From Macrostomum hystrix (taxonomy: Eukaryota > Animalia > Platyhelminthes): 64,000 bases of DNA. Shown here piece after piece: positions 61,336-64,000 of the stretch. Below the pieces are notes generated by a model. That model had not been told where the DNA came from. It worked only from the letters and a program-made list of their open reading frames with translations, and did no database searches. Position numbers and translations under genes: made by a program. Position 1 is the stretch's first letter. Each line of letters begins with the position of its first letter. The stretch spans positions 620,001 to 684,000 of the forward strand of contig CATNEN010000039.1 in assembly GCA_950097015.1 (NCBI GenBank). The letters run 5' to 3'.

Positions 61336-61749
61336 GCTAGGCGTGCTATAAGAGTAGCAATTCTTCCACTTAACACTCAACACTATACGCAACATAATAC
61401 ACTATATAATAGCAAAAAACGCAATAGGGTAAAGTGCAGGACTCATTTGCAGCATCGTAGTCTAAATGCTCACCAAGTAAGAAATCTGTAGAATGTCAAA
61501 TCAAGTATATTTCTCAATTGAAACTCACAGCAAAAACGAGAGCTGGAACACATTGCAGAAATAGAGCACGACTGTGCCACACTGATGAAGCACTGTGACA
61601 CGGTAACTGCATAGCTGACTGGATAAAAAGGGTTGAACTCCATGGTCGATTACACAATAGAAATTAATATACTCAAGCTGGCAGGTGCGAAAGCAGCAGT
61701 GGGCGCGCAGAGTACAAGGCCAGGATACAGATAAGCCAATCACTCAGCT

Positions 61750-63352
61750 TTAGTCATCGTCCTCAGCCGCAAGAGTCAGGCGCCTGTTTAGCTCCTCCGC
61801 GGCGGCCTCTGCCTCAGCAGCAGCAGCAGCAGACGCGGCTTGAGAAGCGCGAAGCGTTGCGCCATCACTAGCTGTAGCAGCGCCGCCACTAGCAGCTGGC
61901 CCGTCGCCATAGTCCTGATCATCAGTTTCATCCTCTTCCAGGCGAAGTTCCAGCACTTCCAGCGAGCTGCCAGGCGACCGCACGCGCAGCAGATCCTCGA
62001 GGGCGCGCACGCCAGCCGGCTCCATGGCAACCACGAGTTCAAGCGGTTCGCCGCCGCTCACCATCGCAGACTCGGTGATGACGCGAGCGCACAGTGCAAG
62101 GGCGTCGTGGCGCAGGCGCGGGTCCGCAAGGCGGAGGCGAGCTCGCATCAGCGCCCGCTGGATAGGCAGCTTGCCCGAGGAGCGCAGGGCCCGGATGCCA
62201 TCGAGAGCCTGCGGAATTTGATAAAATGAAATGGGGATTAAGTCTCATGGAGAGGGGATGTTAGAAGCTTTGTGTGCGAATCTGAGGGATCTGACGGGGT
62301 TCAGTGTGAGGAAGAACCCTGACGAGGCCAGGAAAATAATAGTTACCTGTTGCTTGCTGGACTTGTTCAGCTTTACTACGAAATGCGCGTCTTTCAGCGC
62401 CGCCTCGATGGCTGCCGAAGTGTAGGGCCGCTTCGTATCTGGGTTGAGGCACCTGTTTGAGAAGCAATATACAGCTGGCCACGCTCACTCAACTCCGAAT
62501 ACATGCGAGCACCACAGATAAAAACACCACTATAACAGATGTTAACACCTCTATCCCAGATGTAAACACCTCTATCCCAGATGTAAACACCTCTATCACA
62601 GATGTAAACACCTCTATCACAGATGTAAACACCTCTATCACAGATGTAAACACCTCTATCACAGATGTAAACACCTCTATCACAGATGTAAACACATCTA
62701 TCACAGATATAAGCACCTCTATCACAGATGTAAACACCTCTATCACAGATGTAAACACCTCTATCACAAATGTAAACACCTCTATCATAGATAAAAACAC
62801 ACCTAACCCAAGTATGGATAATTTAAATAATTCTGAGCAATCCTGAACCCGAATGTGCAATCCGAACGCCCCTAACTCGGTCTGAATTCGAAAGCTAACC
62901 TCATAAAAACAACCCTTACCGGTCTAAGAGCATCCTATTAAGTGAGTGCCTACATTTGCATGGCCAATCAAACCCGAAGCTCGAGCCCGAACGCACCTGT
63001 CCGCAATGAGTTTCGCAATGTCTTTCAGCATGGCCTGTTGTTGCACTGAGCGCTCCTTCTCTGTGAGCTGTATCTCGCCCTTGTTGAGGATCAGCAGGCA
63101 GATCTCTGAGACGCTCTCTGTACCAAACGCCTTCTTCATGTCTTCACGGCGGGCCACCTCACCCTTGGACACGTTCGCAAACACGGCCTCTGTCTGCAGC
63201 ACCTGGCTGAGATCTTTCTCAATGTGGTCACGCCAGGCGCGCACCTTGTTGGGATAACAGGCTATCTCAAAGCGCTGACCGCCACGTTTAATTCGCACCA
63301 CGGACACATTGGTCAGGCGCTTCTGATTGGTTGGCATCTTTAGGGCACACAT
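61750..63352 (-). CDS. SBDS: Ribosome maturation protein SBDS; exons 63352-62997, 62452-62347, 62208-61750; about 306 aa
   Basis: [31 protein letters not shown]...VFANVSKG...GEIQLT and [11 protein letters not shown]...KSSKQQAL; in-frame junctions. Confidence 0.97.
62513..62790. repeat. 21-bp minisatellite (CACAGATGTAAACACCTCTAT), SBDS intron 1
   Basis: Tandem periodicity. Confidence 0.93.
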
Positions 63353-64000
63353 TTTGCAGTAGCTTTGCGTTAATGTGCGCAGAATAGCAGAGTAACTGGG
63401 GCCAAAGTTGCACTACTATGGGGTCTGAAATCATTGTCAGGATGCACTTGTGCAAACTGCATATGCATCATATAGGCCAATGGAACTAAGCAGAGTTGGA
63501 TGGTTATACTATGACTATGATATTTTGTAAATAATATTTACAGCTAGGCTTACAACCAGAAAGAATTGTAGCTAATGTAGAAGCCAATGTGGCATTTTTA
63601 TATTTCCAAAGCAAAAAATGCAAAACTATCAGTCATTATTTGATTCATTTGTTTTCTGATTTAATAGAAATCATTTGAAATACAACAGATATAGCTAGCT
63701 TTTTAGTTAGGCCAAATGCCCCAAGCTAAAGCTAATAAAGCTAATCAAATGCATCAATTTACTAAGTTTACAAAAAGTTTACAAAGTATCTTATTTTAGA
63801 TTTCCAGCTACTTATCAGAATAAAACAATTAACATGGCTCACTAAATATTTTGACTATTAGGCTACTTTAGCAATGCTTATCTCAATAGGCATTGAGATC
63901 AGAAGGTAATCTGGTGCACAGGTTAGTGCATAACAAAGCATACCACTTGCAAAATTGATAACAATCTGTGTGAAATTGATTTATGTAATTAGGCACAGGC

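Noticed and set aside
56750-61376. 1018-aa (SYRRTREV)n and 527-aa (VANLSSPS)n ORFs
   Set aside because: By-products of a stop-free 24-bp unit. They are broken by 1-bp deletions and open on both strands.

Overview
Eukaryotic, animal-type genomic DNA: spliced protein-coding genes, no prokaryotic features. The dense 12-48 bp minisatellites, GC-rich exons and an RTE remnant resemble the flatworm Macrostomum lignano (inference only). Eleven host genes can be assembled with frame-consistent GT-AG junctions: Rieske Fe-S protein (UQCRFS1), a two-pore K+ channel, cytochrome b561, an unknown N-anchored tandem-domain protein, an unknown coiled-coil protein, dynein light chain Tctex-1, a CUB/C-type-lectin receptor, a prosaposin-like protein with 10 SapB domains, a neuropeptide GPCR, MRPS23 and SBDS. 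Rieske intron 1 holds an intact, very young Ty3/Gypsy element (1522-10312, minus strand). It has identical-looking 813-bp LTRs, a tRNA-Leu PBS, a -1 frameshift gag-pol, and an unexplained non-env third ORF with its own splice acceptor. Its LTR carries E2F/CHR/forkhead-like motifs, PBS-like copies and repeats matching tRNA-Leu ends. Also present: tRNA-derived SINEs, an RTE fragment interrupted by a solo LTR, about 20 unrelated tandem arrays, and candidate trans-spliced operons whose spacers are minisatellites.
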